Notes: a model not told the origin generated them from the sequence alone. A stretch of 64,000 nucleotides of DNA from the human T2T-CHM13v2.0 reference genome, Homo sapiens (GCF_009914755.1 NC_060943.1); one strand, 5' to 3'; shown: positions 18,934-43,482, counted from the first letter of the stretch. Made by a program: numbers and translations.

Positions 18934-19650
18934 CTGTAGATGGAGGCCAAGGGGCAGGTGAGCCACCTGTTGTTCATCCACTTGCCAGGCTGGTAAAAAT
19001 CAAAGATGAGGTATGGCTAGTGAATTTCCTTGACGGGGTTGCAGGGTACGTGGCAGGCTTCCACCTGCAGTTCGGGCCGCATGCGGCTGAATTGCATCTT
19101 CTCATCTCTCAGATACAGCTGGCAGGGCATAGGTTTTTCCACGGGCTCCTCAATGTAGCAGTACCCCAGGCGTCTGCACTCACCCAGTTCCCCACAGCGG
19201 TTACAGTCCTGCCGGGGGTCCCAGTGGGTAAAGATGAGTACCTTGCCATCCAGGATCAGGGTCTCATTCTGCAGGGACTTTTGGTCCAGGCTCTTGTGCG
19301 TAACATGAAGGGTGGTGACAACCTGGAAGTCGATCTCGTATTGTACCATGAGGGTATCATCATTGCCCTGGCATCGATAGAGGCCAGTCTGGGAGGGCTG
19401 AGGGTTGGTCAGTTGAAGGCTACCCCCAGGCAGTTTCCTTATGTCAGGCATTGAATTAATAAGCAGAGAAGGATCTTCCCCAAGAATGGAAGAGAAGTAC
19501 CAGAGTGCCATGGGATGGTCACACTTCAGGACAGCATCACTGCCTTGAGAGTAGGGCTCGCTGGCAGAGGTCCTTGTAGGCACAGCTGATTAACATCTAG
19601 GCTCACAGAGTGGGGCAAGAAAGGCTAAGCAGCCACAGGGTGTCCAGCAT
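18934..19650 (-). pseudogene. FAM187B2P: Disabled duplicate of FAM187B exon 1
   Basis: Conceptual translation MLDTLWLLSLSCPTL*A*MLISCAYKDLCQRALLS/GSDAVLKC...SQTGLYRC...VQYEIDFQ...EACHVPCNPVKEIH*PYLIFD...WLTCPLASIYR aligns end to end with FAM187B exon 1; stops at 19605-19603, 19599-19597 and 19019-19017; +1 frameshift near 19545; donor AG|GTGACA retained. Confidence 0.93.
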
Positions 19651-20059
19651 AGTGGACCAAGGCTGTAGAAGGAGGCTAGGAACTCCCTGGCCATTGTGAA
19701 GTCACTCACAAAACTCGAGGATCAGCCTAGGCAATGGAATGAACCTTGATCCACTGTGCTTCCAGGAATACAATTCAGTTCGTGTCATCAAATGGCTTGT
19801 CATAGGTTGTAGGGTCGAAGGTCAAATATCCACATGAGCTAGGCAGGAAACAAAATGGGTGAGCTTAAATCAGAACAAACGAACTACAAAGGCAAATTAT
19901 TGGCCCTCCACATACCCAATATATAATGATGGAATGGGACAAAATGACTTTATGACCATCAGAAAGTGGAAGAAGGGGCAGGGCCCAGTGGCTCACACCT
20001 GTAATCCCAGCACACTTTGGGAGGCTGAGGCCGGTGGATCACCTGAGGCCAGGAGTTCA

Positions 20060-20416
<357 letters not shown>

Positions 20417-20668
20417 CTATCTTGTAGATGGGAAAGATTCCTTAACTAGCACCGAAGCAGCTCCTTGTTGTGTGTGGGGAGGGTAGGGGGATTCCCAAAT
20501 CATTGTTCTCTGTGGTTCATGTCTCACTCTCCAGGGAAATATCTCCTTTTCTCATATTCTCCTTGGCTACATCTGAAGATGTGCCCTCCTTGAGACAACA
20601 GCAGTTTACTCAGCCTGCTTTCTATCTCCCACAGTTTGGGACCTACGGTTCTTATAAGCCTCTAGTCA

Positions 20669-21181
<513 letters not shown>

Positions 21182-21681
21182 TTAATTCATTCAGAGAATT
21201 TTTAAACAATGGGTAATAATTATTTACCTAGGCTTATACTTTTGATTTTATCCTTGTCAAAAGCTGAATTCTAATTGGACTTTATCTCTCAAAGCCCTTC
21301 TCAATTTTTAGCTAACTTTGGCCAACTTATACTGCTAACATCTTATATTCCAGCAGCTTCCTTGAAAGCTACAAGTCCATTAAATACATTATCTGCCTTC
21401 CAGAGTATCTCAGGCAATAGCCTCCATCCTTCTGGTTTCAAATAAGTGTCTTAGTCCCAAAGGTATCTAAGCCAATGCTGTCTTTTTATTTTTGATTACC
21501 TCAGCACCCTACTCCTGATACTATTTTGGTATCAATCTAGATAAGTTATTTGCTACTATAATAAACTTCCAGCCAGGTGTGGTGGCTCACGCCTGTAATC
21601 CCAGCACTTTGGGAGGCTAAGGAGGGCAGATCACCTGAGGTCAGGAGTTTGAGACCAACCTAGCCAACCCTGTCTCTACTA

Positions 21682-21870
<189 letters not shown>

Positions 21871-21873
21871 TCA

Positions 21874-21906
<33 letters not shown>

Positions 21907-22188
21907 CCCCCCAAATCTCAACCACATAAAACAACTAAGGTTTACTTTTTACTCATTGTGCATTGGTATTGGAATCACTCAGGAATCCAGGGTGATGGCG
22001 CAACTGCCATCTCAAACATTTTCAGTTTCTTCCAAGGAGAAAGAAAGAGCTCTCTGTAAGATTTTGGGTCTACATTAAATGCTTTGCCCTTAAGTAACAC
22101 ATGTCATGTCGCTTGCTCACAAACCATTGGCTAGAAACAGCTACATGGCACCACCAATCCACCAAGCCAACAAAAGAAATTGAACTCT

Positions 22189-22554
<366 letters not shown>

Positions 22555-23269
22555 CTATTACAAGGGATTTTTCCTCTGGTGTTCTCCTTTATATCACAGA
22601 GTTAAAACCATTTCCAAAATCCTCACATCAGCTCTCCCCTAAAGTTCTACTGGCCAGGATTGGGGCCCATGCCCAGGTCTAAACCAATCTCTGAAAATAA
22701 ATGAAGCTTACATCGTTGGCTTAAACCAATTAGAATTTGTTGCCTAGGATTGGGTAAGGTCAGCTTTTTCTTAGCAGAAGCCACTGAAGACCCAAACAAA
22801 ATCAGGGTTTTGTATGCAGGGGAGTTGTAGAAAAGAATGCTGATTTGGTGTAGCCAACCATGTCTTCCACAGCATTGACTGATGGGAAAATATTAGTTGT
22901 ACCAGAATTGTGCCAGGCACTGTGTGAGCCACATGACCCCAGGCAAGTTGCTGAGACTTTCCTTTTTTTTTTTTTTTTTTTGAGACAGAGTCTCACTCTC
23001 TAGCCCCCAGGCTGGAGTGCGGTGGTGCAATCTTGGTTCACTATAGCCTTTGCCTCCCAGGTTCAAGCAATTCTCTTCCCTCAGCCTCCCAAGTAGGTGG
23101 GATTACAAGCATGTACCACCATGCCCAGCTGATTTTTGTATTTTTAGTAGAGACGGGGTTTCACCATGTTGACCAGGCTGGTCTTGAACTCCTGACCTCA
23201 AGTGATCTGCCCGCCTCGGCCTCCCAAAGTGCTGGGAATACAGATGTGAGCCACAGCACCCGGCCAGAA

Positions 23270-23590
23270 CTACTGGAGACTGGTAAATTTATAAGGAAAA
23301 GAAGATTAATTGACTCACAGTTCTGCATGGCTGGGGAGGCCTCAGGAAACTTCCAATCATGGTGCAAGGCGAAAGGGAAGCAGGCACCTTCACAAGGTGG
23401 CAGCAAAGAGACAGCAATTAGGGAACTGCCAGCTACTTTTAAAGCATCAGATCTCATGAGAACTCCCTCACTGCACAGGAGAAACCACTCCCATAATCCA
23501 ATTACCTTCCACTGGGTCCCTCCCTTGACCTGTGGGGATTACAATTCAAGATGAGACTTGGGCGGGGACACAAAACCAAACCATATCACT
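23270..23590 (-). mobile_element. THE1/MST MaLR LTR
   Basis: GACTCACAGTTCTGCATGGCTGGGGAGGCCTCAGGAAAC...CAAACCATATCA terminus. Confidence 0.75.
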
Positions 23591-23902
23591 CATCCACCTT
23601 GCACCAGACACCAAGGATCCAGGCTAAGTCCCTGACCTCTTGGAGCTTACATCCTAGTGGGGATGTATTAGTCAGGATAGGTTAAGTTATGCTATGTAAC
23701 AAAGGATTCTAAAATCTTAGTGGCTTAATAAAATTTTTTTTCATGCGACATGTCCAAATTTGGCTGGGGAGAGCTCTACTCCACAAAGTCCCTTCAGATA
23801 CTGTGGCTAACAGAGGTGGTACCATCTGCAACATCATTAGTTGCTATGGCAGGATAAGGGAGTATAGCAAATCATGAACTGGCAATTGAATGCTTTGGTC
23901 AG

Positions 23903-24600
<698 letters not shown>

Positions 24601-24694
24601 AGATGGTAAACAAATAAATGACTAATAAAACATCGGGTCATGGTAAATGCTTTGAAGAAAAAAAGAAGGCGCAAAGAGAGATTGGGGATGGAGA

Positions 24695-25080
24695 CTATTA
24701 GGGGATGAATTGTGACCCCACAAGTTCATATGTTGAAACACTGACCCCCAATACCTCAGAATATGACTGTATTGGGAAACAGGGCTTTTAAAGAGGTAAT
24801 TAAGTTAAAATAGGGTTGTTAGAGTGGGTTCTAATCCAATATGACTAGTGCCCTTAAAAGATGAGGGAATTAGAACCCAGGCAGAGGGATGACCATGTGA
24901 GGACATAGTGAAAAGGGAACCATCTGCACACCAAGAAGAAAGGCCTCAGAATGAAACCAAACCTGCCAACACCTTGATTTTGGACTTCTAGCTTACAGAA
25001 TTGCAAAGAAATACATTTCTGTTGTTTAAACCACCCAGTCTCTGGTGTTTGTTATGGCAGCCCTAGCCAACTAATATAGA
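24695..25080 (+). mobile_element. MLT1B-like LTR
   Basis: GTTCATATGTTGAA...GTTATGGCAGCCCTAGC motifs. Confidence 0.65.
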
Positions 25081-25572
25081 GACTATTTTATTTTTATTTA
25101 TTCATTTGTTTTGAGACAGGTTCTCATTCTGTCACCCAGGCTGGAGTGCAGTGGTGTAATCATAGCTCACTGCAGCCTGAAACTCCTGGGTTCAAGTGAT
25201 TCTCCTGTCGCAGCCTCCTAAGTAGCTAGGACTACAGGGACGTGCCACCATGCCTAGCTAATTTTTAAAATTTTTGGTAGAGATGGTAGACTGGATAAAG
25301 AAAATGTATACACCATGTAGAGGCTTGTCTTAAACTTACAGCCTCAAACTATCCTCCTGTCTCAGCCTCCCAAAGTACTGGGATTACAGGTGTGGGACAC
25401 CATGCCCAGCCTGTGGGGAGAGAGGTAGGTGAGAAGAGAAGGCTTCTCTGAAGAAGTGACATTTGAGCAGACCTATATAAGATGGTTATGAAGATTCACA
25501 CAGTGGCTCATGCCTGTGATCCCAGCACTTTGGGAGGCTGAGGCAAGTGGAGCACCTGAGATCATGAGTTCA

Positions 25573-25818
<246 letters not shown>

Positions 25819-26097
25819 CTAAGCACACCGCACATGCAAAGGTCTTGAGGTGGGAACAGGTTTGCTATGTGAATACCCATCAGCCAAAGACAATCAGGCA
25901 TGCACCTATGAACAAAGTTAGGTTTTTTGACTTGCTGCAGTGAGGGCAGATGTACACCATGGGGAATGGTGTGGTGTCTCAGGAAGGTGTCAGAGAAGAC
26001 TAACAGAATTTGGGCTGTGTTGTATGATTGTGGGAAGGATTCAAAGAAGTGGGGATTTGCTTTGGGTTGGGTGCTATCAAAAAGTGTAACCAATTCT

Positions 26098-26927
26098 TTT
26101 TTTTCAAACTTTTGATTTTAAGTTCAGGGGTATGTGTGCAGGTTTCTTATAGAGGTAAATTTATATCATGGGGGTTTGTTGTACATATAATTTCATCACC
26201 CAGGTATTAAGCCTAGTACCCCTTAGCTATTTTTCCTGATCCTCTCCCTCCTCCCACACTCTACCCTCTGATAGGCTCCAGTGTGTGTTGTTCCCCTTTA
26301 TGTATTTGTGTTCTCATCATTTAGATTCCACTTATAAGGGAGAACATGCGGTATTTAGTTTTCTCTTTCTGCATTAGTTTGCTAAGGATAATGACCTTCA
26401 GCTCCATTCTTGTTCCTGCAAAGGGCATGATTTCATTCTTTTTTATGGCTGCATAGTATTCCATAGTGTATATGTACCACATTTTTTTAATCCAGTCTAC
26501 CATTGATGGACATTTAGGTTGATCCTATGTCTTTGCTATTGTGAATAGTGCTGCAATGAATATAAGTGTGCATGTGTCTTTATGATAGAACAATTTATAT
26601 TTCTTTGGGTGTATACCCAGTAATGGGCTTGTTAGGTTGAATGGTAGTTCTGTTTTTAGGTCTTTGAGGAATTGCCACACTGTCTTACATGCTAATTAAC
26701 ACTCCCACCAACAGTGTGTAAGCATTCCTTTTTCTCTGCAACCTCGCCAGCATGTTGTTTTTTGACTTTTTAATAATAGCCATTCTGACTGATGTGAGAT
26801 GGTATCTCATGGTGGTTTTGATTTGCGTTTCACTAATGATTAGTGATGTTGAGCTTTTTTATATGATTCTTGGCCAGATGTATATTTTCTTTTGAAAAGT
26901 GTTTGGTCATGTCCTTTGCCCACCACG
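26098..26927 (-). mobile_element. 5'-truncated primate L1 (L1PA-type 3' end) with 15-bp TSD, inserted in an LTR-like element
   Basis: ORF2 C-terminus WIKKMWYIYTMEYYAAIK; TSD AGTGTAACCAATTCT at 26083-26097 and 26928-26942. Confidence 0.9.
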
Positions 26928-27699
26928 AGTGTAACCAATTCTATCTTTTCTAGAAGGTGAGAAGAACGGAGCAAAGCTAAAACTGAAATTGGTAAAGAAA
27001 CAGCAGCCATTCAGATCAGCTGAGAGAAGGGGATGCTTGATATTTTGTGGTTTGGACAGTGTTCCTGTTTTGTCTCTGTGCAGGCATAATTACAGAGCAG
27101 TCTTGTTTCTATCTAGATGCATCAGAGTCACAGACAGGCCTTTGTTGTTGTTGTTCTGTGAACATTGTTCACCTTCAACAGGAGAACATCATGACCTAAC
27201 AGTGCATTCTAGACAAGCTGCTAGCAACACCAAGACCCAGTTGTTACTGTTAGGCCAGCTCCCAGCTGTTAGAGGCTGCTTTCTCTTTCTTACATAGATG
27301 AGGAACTTCAGTGAAGTCTCTTCCAGCAATGAAAGACTGATCAAATGGCTTTCACTCTGTGACCCTCCGTTTCCTTATTTTCAAAGGATTTTAATTGTAC
27401 TGGCCACATAGTGCTCTTGTGTGGATTTGATGAGATGTTATCTATAAAGTATCAGCCAGTATTATTATCTAGGGGTTAGCAATATGGACTCATCCTCCAA
27501 ATATCAGAGTTCTGTGTTGGGACTCTGGATTACTACTTCTGATCATGGTTGTGCAGACACAGGGGGTGGGCCATGATTGGCTTAATCCCCACCAGCTGAA
27601 CTGGCTTCCAGAAGGTATAAAGGGATAGCCACTGGATTTTCTCCCCTTTTGTTCCCTTTGGAAGGTGGACATTTAGGGATTAGGATATTCAAAAGCAAC

Positions 27700-34140
<6,441 letters not shown>

Positions 34141-34539
34141 TAAACGATGATGGGACGTGAACGGGTTGAAATTTTATAAAAAGTGGCCAGGGAAGGTGTC
34201 ACTGCAATGGTGTCCTACAGGAGGAGGAAGATCATGTGGACATCTGCGGGAAGGGTGTTCTGGCAGAGGGAGTAGCACGGGCGATGGCTCTGAGGACTGT
34301 GAGAAGTATAGTTGGAAACAGCGAGGAGGCCAGGGTGTCCGAAGCTGAGTAAGCCAGAGAGAGTGGGAGGAGGTGAGATAAGAGGGGGAAGGTCAGTTTC
34401 TGCTGAGAGTGAGGAGGAGCCACAGGAGGGCTGTGAGCAGGTGGACGTGATCTGGCTTGAGTTTTAACAGGGCCAGTAGAACAAAGCACGCCTGGGTACC
34501 GAAACCAGCCACTGGCCAGTTGGCAACCTGGGGGAGTCT

Positions 34540-36300
34540 AACGCGAGGAAGCGCCCAGGGTTCCCCCAGGATGCGCTTTCCCTCGCCGCCACCTGGAGAC
34601 AGCAGAGTCACGCCCAGCGCTGCGCAGGCTGATCGCCGCGCCGCGCCCCCGCCCTCGGTCGCAGGTGGCTTGTTCCGGGAATTCCTAAGCGGAAACCGGT
34701 CCCAAGCCCCGCGCCTTCGCTCGGCCCCTTTAAGAGCCAGAATTTCCGGAGGGCTGACCCGGGGCTAGGGATGCCCAGGGGCCGAACCACAAGTTGGGAA
34801 CGGGTGGGGGAGGTGGCGAAAACTTCCGAAGTGGAATTCCAACTTTTCCTGGCCCTGATTCCCCTTGGGCATCCCTGAGGGGGCAGAGCTTCCCTTCCGG
34901 GGACTTTAGAGGGTTCCTCAGGTCATCTAACTGGGAGACACAGGAGGCCCGAAGCGCCCCCCTCCACCCGGTCCGGAGGAACCCCAGTGGAAGTGGAGAA
35001 GTCAGGCGCCACCAACAAGCCTCTCCCAGCCAGGACTTTGCTTAGACTCGCTCCTCCCGGCAGGGCGCACCTAGGCGGGTCCATCGCCAGCCGGGGAGAG
35101 GGGTTTGGGCAGGGAGGGAACAGGTGCGCGGCGGGACCCGCCCTATCTCAACAGGTGAATCGCTCCAAGTGGGTCTCGGTTGCATGGATCTCGGTGCGCT
35201 TGGTTTGGCCGGAGCAGATGGGGGCCGGAAGGGACCTGTGGTCCGCAGGCGCCCTCCCAGCGGGCCAGTCACTTGGTTCGGGCCCTGGGGGACGGAGCGC
35301 ACCTGGGTCAGCCCACTTCCGGGGAGGGAGGCAGAGGAACCCCTCCCCGCCGCTCACCCCTAAGCCCAGCCCTCGGCTCCCACCCTTGTGTACCTGGGCC
35401 GAACCATTCACCGGAGCGCGCAGCGGGTGGAGTGTGGCTCGGAGGACCGCGGCGGGTCAAGCACCTTTCTCCCCCATATCTGAAAGCATGCCCTTTGTCC
35501 ACGTCGTTTACGCTCATTAAAACTTCCAGAATGCAACAGGACGGACTTGGAGTAGGGACAAGGAACGGAAGTGGGAAGGGGAGGAGCGTGCACCCCTCCT
35601 GGCCTTGGTGCGCGCCGCGCCCCCTAAGGTACTTTGGAAGGGACGCGCGGGCCAGACGCGCCCAGACGGCCGCGATGGCGCTGTTGGCCGGCGGGCTCTC
35701 CAGAGGGCTGGGCTCCCACCCGGCCGCCGCAGGCCGGGACGCGGTCGTCTTCGTGTGGCTTCTGCTTAGCACCTGGTGCACAGGTACGGGGCACGGGGCC
35801 TCTGACGCTGCGGAACGGCGGAGGGAACTGTAGAGGGGGATGGATGGAGTTGGAGGCGGCGGGAAGCGGGAAGCGGGGGTCTCAGAGGCTGGGACCTTCC
35901 GATCCCCTGGGTCTTGGGCGATCTGTTGCGCGCGGGAGTGAGAGGAATTCCCCATCTGTGCCGGGGAGCGCTCCCCGCGCCCTTATCTGGAAGATAGCAG
36001 GAAGTGAAACTCCCTGGACGGTGAGACCCGGAGCGGCAGGGAGAATGGAACTCTTTGTGGGGAGGGAGTGGAAGACCGCCCGATCTCTGGGAAAAGAAAA
36101 GCCGGGATGGGACTTGGGCGCACCCGGGGATTTCTAAGTTTTGGAGTAACGGGGAGAGGGCACGGGAGGGCTGGATCAGACGCTTCCTAGAGGGACAGAG
36201 ACGAAGGAACAATGCCTAGGCCTCGGGTGGGTGTGGGACTGGGGACTCCCCATCCCCCGCACCCCACCCACCTCCCGCGGGCTCCGGATTATACGTGCGT
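34540..36300. promoter_or_regulatory. LSR CpG island / promoter
   Basis: High GC and CpG density; GC boxes, ETS CGGAAGTG near 35566, DR1-like TGCCCTTTGTCC at 35489-35500. Confidence 0.85.
35531..35783 (+). CDS. LSR: LSR (angulin-1) exon 1 coding; in-frame ATGs at 35531 and 35675
   Basis: MQQDGLGVG...MALLAGGLSRG...VFVWLLLSTWCT; donor G|GTACGG; phase 1. Confidence 0.93.
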
Positions 36301-36966
36301 AAGAGTCTGGTGGGATGGATTTACGGACTTGAAACCGACTTCTGCTGGCAGGCTTTCACCTGGATGGGATATTTGGGTGGTGATGAGGTCTTTCCCGAGA
36401 CACTTTTGGTTCAGTCATTTGAAATGACTTTAGAGTAGGGTGAGGTGGTGGGAGGCTGATGGAGATATTGTGGGGGCTTTAGTCCCTCCATGGCAAAGCA
36501 GTTCAGGCAAACAACTCCATGGTTTTCCCTCCAAATTCAAAAGGCCCCGGGTAACCTGGAATCCTTCGTAGTCGGTTTTGAAGTGGGGCCTTGGGCGCTG
36601 GGGGCATCAACATGGCCATCTGGGCTTGCCTGCCCAGGCCACACAGAGGCCCCTTGTTGTGGGTGAATGGCAAAGGGAAGAGGGGACTGGTGTGGTTCAG
36701 AGGCCACAGGCTGGGAAGAGGGATGGCGGGCGAGTCCAAGGAAACTGGCCGTGTCACCGTGCACCTGCCACTTCAGCCCCACGGGTCTATAAAATGGGCA
36801 TGATTATCGTGGCTACCTCACTGGTCCTGGCAATTAAGGAACAATGTGTGCCAGGCACTCTGTAAACCACATACTTGCGAGTGTCAAGCTGGTGACAGGT
36901 GGCGTTCCTGTTGAAGCACCTCCCTGAGCTCACAGCAACCCTTGCTGTCTCTCCTCTTGCCCTCAG

Positions 36967-37813
<847 letters not shown>

Positions 37814-38442
37814 TGAGTACCTGTCATATACCAGGTGCTGTTCTGGGCCCTGGGAATACAGCTGTTAACAAAATCATCAAACCACTTCCCTCGTGGAGCC
37901 CACATTGCAGTGAGAGAGACAAACACTACACACACTCTCAAGTCCTTGAAGATAAAGAAAACTGGGTAACGGAGAGAAGAGGCCAGGGTTTGTTCTATAA
38001 TCATTAATAACACGAGCAGTAAGAAGTAAAATTTATCTAAGTAACAACTTATAAAGGGTCTACTGTGTGCTAAGCTCTCATCCAGGTTCCCAAGGATTAA
38101 CTCAGACCACACAGTAATTGAATAGATTCTATCATTGTCATCTTACAGAGGCCCAGAGAGAGAAAGTGACTTGCCTAGTGTCATAGCTGGTAACGGGGCT
38201 GGGATTCTAACTCAGCCACTTTGGGTCTAGTGGCCAAGCTCCTAATCCCTTTGCTTGCCTAGGGTGGTCCGCAGAGGACTCACAGAGGAGATGGCAGGAG
38301 TGAACTGCAGGGGCAAGAGAGCTTAATGGAGAAAGCCTGTGACATGCCAGGAACTGCACACATATTCTCCCATTGAGTCCTCTCCTCTACCCTCCTGACA
38401 GCTGAGGCACAGAGAGGTTACCTTGTTCAAATGGGTGCATAG

Positions 38443-38809
<367 letters not shown>

Positions 38810-38903
38810 CCTTGTTCTTAACTGTAATGCTGCCTCCTGATAGGATGTGCCTGTTGGGACTAAGTAAGGGGCAGTCATTCATTCATTCATTTGGTATTTA
38901 TCA

Positions 38904-39366
<463 letters not shown>

Positions 39367-39644
39367 TCAGAGAGTACTAAGTGTTGCAAAGAAAATAACA
39401 CCAGGCTGGGTGCATTGGCTCATGCCTGTAAATTTCAGCACTTTGGAAGGCCAAGGCAGGAGGATCACTTGAGCCTAGGAGTTTGAGACCAGCCTGGACA
39501 ACAAAATGAGACCCCATGTCTACAAAAATTTTAAAAATTTAAAAATTAGCTGGGCATGGTGGCATGTGCCTGTGGTCCCGGCTGCTCAGGAGGCTGAGGT
39601 GGGAGGATTGCTTGGGCTTGAGAGGTCAAGGCTTCAGTGAGTCA

Positions 39645-39989
<345 letters not shown>

Positions 39990-40756
39990 TTAAAAAAAAA
40001 AGAAAAAAGAAAATAGCACTGGGTGATGTGCTACATGGAATGACTTGGGCTGTGAATATGATTTGAGGAGGGCCTGGGCCTGGGCCTTACAGAACCTAGA
40101 AGGCAGAGAGGAAGGGGAGGGGCAGGGTGCCAGGGATGAAGGCTCACGTACCTCATGTCTTAGTGTGTGTTCACTGTCTTAAACAAGAATTTAAAGTTGT
40201 GCATGGGGCAGAGCGGGGAAGGGAGCATCCCTTTGCAGACCCCAAGAAGCCAGGAACTGGAGCACATTCTGCTAGAGGATCGATGGGAAGCAGGGTTCCA
40301 GGGGCTGAGCCTATGTCAGTCCTGTTTCAGAGGAGGCACCAGGCTTGCTTGCCCTGAATTTCTGTGGGCAGCTCAGCCATGAGCATCCTACTGTTATTGA
40401 GGTCACAGGGCTGCTTAGGCCCCCTCCTCTCTAACCCAGGGATTGTGCCTGCCTGGACCAGGCGTGACTGCTAAGCTTCTGCCAGGACAAGCCAAATACT
40501 GAGGGTGCTTCCTCTGCTGGACGCAAAAGTCCAGGATGACCCCCCAGGCTCTGTCTCGGGGAAGGGGCCCTGCATGCTCCAGGGGCCTCACAGGCCTGGG
40601 TCTTTCAAACCACCCCCACCTGGGCCTGTGTTTGATCAAGGCCCTGAGTGTAAACATCCATTGTGTGTGTCCTTTCAGGAAATCCCGTAGCCATAGGAGC
40701 TTCCTCTGTTTCAGCTTTGAGGATGGGGAAAAGTGGACTCCCCGTGGTGTTCCTAG

Positions 40757-40891
<135 letters not shown>

Positions 40892-42581
40892 TGAGTAGCT
40901 GGGATTACAGGTGCACACCACCACACCTGGCTAATTTTTGTATCTTTTTGGTAGAGATGGGATTTCGCCATGTTGGCCAGGCTGGTCTCAAACTCCTGAC
41001 CTCAGGTGATCTGCCTGCCTTGGCCTCCCAAAGTTCTGGGATTACAGATGTGAGCCACCATGCCCGGCCTATCCTGGTTTCAAAAGTGAAAATAGTCCTG
41101 GATAAGGTAGAAGGCTGTCCACTCCAGGCATCCCTCCGGTCCGGTGGCTCATTCCCTGCTTTGTCCTTCCATGCTTTGGGTGATGGACCAGCACCTGGAC
41201 AGGAGGCCCTGTTCCACCTCCTCGGGCTCCTTGGGGTCCAAGTGCCCCCACCTCCAGCTGCACTGCAGCAGAGAGCCCATGGGACCTCTGAAATCATGAA
41301 GGTCACCTTTGCGGTGTATAAAGAAGGAACCAGAGGTTGGAGATGTGGAGGAGGCCTGGCTGCTGTTCCCACTGGAGACCTGGCATCTTCTCCCCGACCT
41401 AAAACAATGAAAGCAGTGCTCAGCCCGGATGAGATCACGGCCAGCCCAAGACCAGGAACAGGGTACGCCCTGCAGGAAGAAGGTGTGCCCAGACCTTAGG
41501 ATGGATCAAAAGAAGCCGGAAAACTATATTTTTTGTGAGTTTTGAAAATGTCAGACAGGTCAAACAAAACACAGTGAGGTCCAGCCTCGGCCTACAAGAT
41601 GCCAGATTTCAACCCCTGGCCTATATGATCTGTTTGCCATGGCAGGCGGTTCCTGTCCACCTCTTTTGTTTATAGCAGGGACCAGCTCTTGAGCTCCAGT
41701 GTTGAAGAGGCACGGTCAGGGTCTGATCTGAAGACACTGGTGGCTCATGCCTGTAATCCCAGCACTTCAGGAGGCCGAGGCAGGAGGATTGCTTGAGGAC
41801 AGGAGCTGGGAGACCAGCCTGGGCAACACAGTGAGACCCAGACACTACAAAAAAATAAATTTAGCGGGGCATGATGGCACACCCTGCTACTCTGGAGATG
41901 GGAAGATTGCTTGAGCCTAGGAGTTCGAAGCTGCAGTGACCCATGATCGCACCACTGCACTCCAGCCTGGGCGACCAAGCTAGGCCCTCTCAAAAAAGAT
42001 ACAGGTGGAAAAATGATGGACGAAGAGGGCATTGTGGCAAACCTGGGGATTTAGGAGAACCTAGTTTGGAATTCTATGAGGATTCAATGAAAGAATGTGT
42101 GTAGAGGGGCCCAGCACATAGTAAGAGCTCAATAAACGGTGGGGGCTAGGGGCGGTGGCTCATGCCTGTAATCCCAGCACTTTGGGAGGCTGAGGCAGGT
42201 GGATCACTTGAGCCCTGGAGTTCAAGATCAACCTGGACAACAAAGCAAGATCCCATCTCAAAATTAAAAAACAACACCAACAACAAAAAAACAGTGGCTT
42301 AGATGCCTGATCATTAGGGTAAGTCGTGTCCTCAACCCCTTCACATCTGCTCTGAAGGTCACCATATCCGGAAGCCTTCCCTGGCCTCCTTGTTTAAAAT
42401 GGCACAGCCCCCACTCCACGCCTGGCACTCTCTGCTGTCCCTGATTCGTTTTCTCCATACAGCTTATCTTTGTCTGGTATGTGACATAGTTAACATTTTA
42501 TATTTGTCTTTCTTTCCTAGTTAGAATCTGAACTCTAGAAGGGCAAGGGCAAGGATTTATAACTCAAAGATTCCGGGCTTA

Positions 42582-42740
<159 letters not shown>

Positions 42741-42769
42741 CTACTAAAAATACAAAAATTAGCCAGTTA

Positions 42770-42931
<162 letters not shown>

Positions 42932-43374
42932 TCAAAGAGTTTGTTTTCATAGGCAGCAGAATGAGAAAAGTTTACAAAATAGTTTAAATGACAATAAAGT
43001 CATTATAGATTAACATAAATAAAATACCTTTTATGAAAAAAATAATCATTTTCTGAAATCAGACAAAACATTGTGAATGAGAAGGTGGCATGGTTTTATT
43101 TTTTTGCAAGTCTCCGAAGCCTGGCTGGATAGAAGAGCCTGGCTTCTCAGAGCTGCTTCAGTCTGTTGTGATATCTATTGTATGTCACGTAGCCTCTGGA
43201 AAACTCCACAGTTAGTATTGTTGGGAAAATAACTTTGACCTCAGGATCTCCTGAAAACGTCTTGGGGAACCCCAGGGTCTAGAGGCTGCAGTTTGAGAAC
43301 TGTTGCTGTGGTATCCCAGGTGTCTCAAATACTGCCTAGAACATAGGTGGTACTCAGTAATTATTGTTGAAGGA

Positions 43375-43401
43375 TGAATGAATGAATGAATGAATGAATG
43401 A
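43375..43401. repeat. (GAAT)n microsatellite
   Basis: Direct reading; typical of an L2 tail. Confidence 0.85.
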
Positions 43402-43482
43402 AAGAAAGAAATGTGTCTTTGAATCTAGCCATGTGCCCAGAATGATGAGACAGATGACAAAAGCTAAGGGACTTTAGCATGA

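Noticed and set aside
18870-19454. 194-aa plus-strand ORF (also 14716-15162 and 36963-37550)
   Set aside because: Antisense shadows of real or former coding exons
19017-19583. 188-aa ORF as a functional gene
   Set aside because: Starts at a non-ATG codon, lacks the signal peptide and is bounded by the frameshift and stops of FAM187B2P
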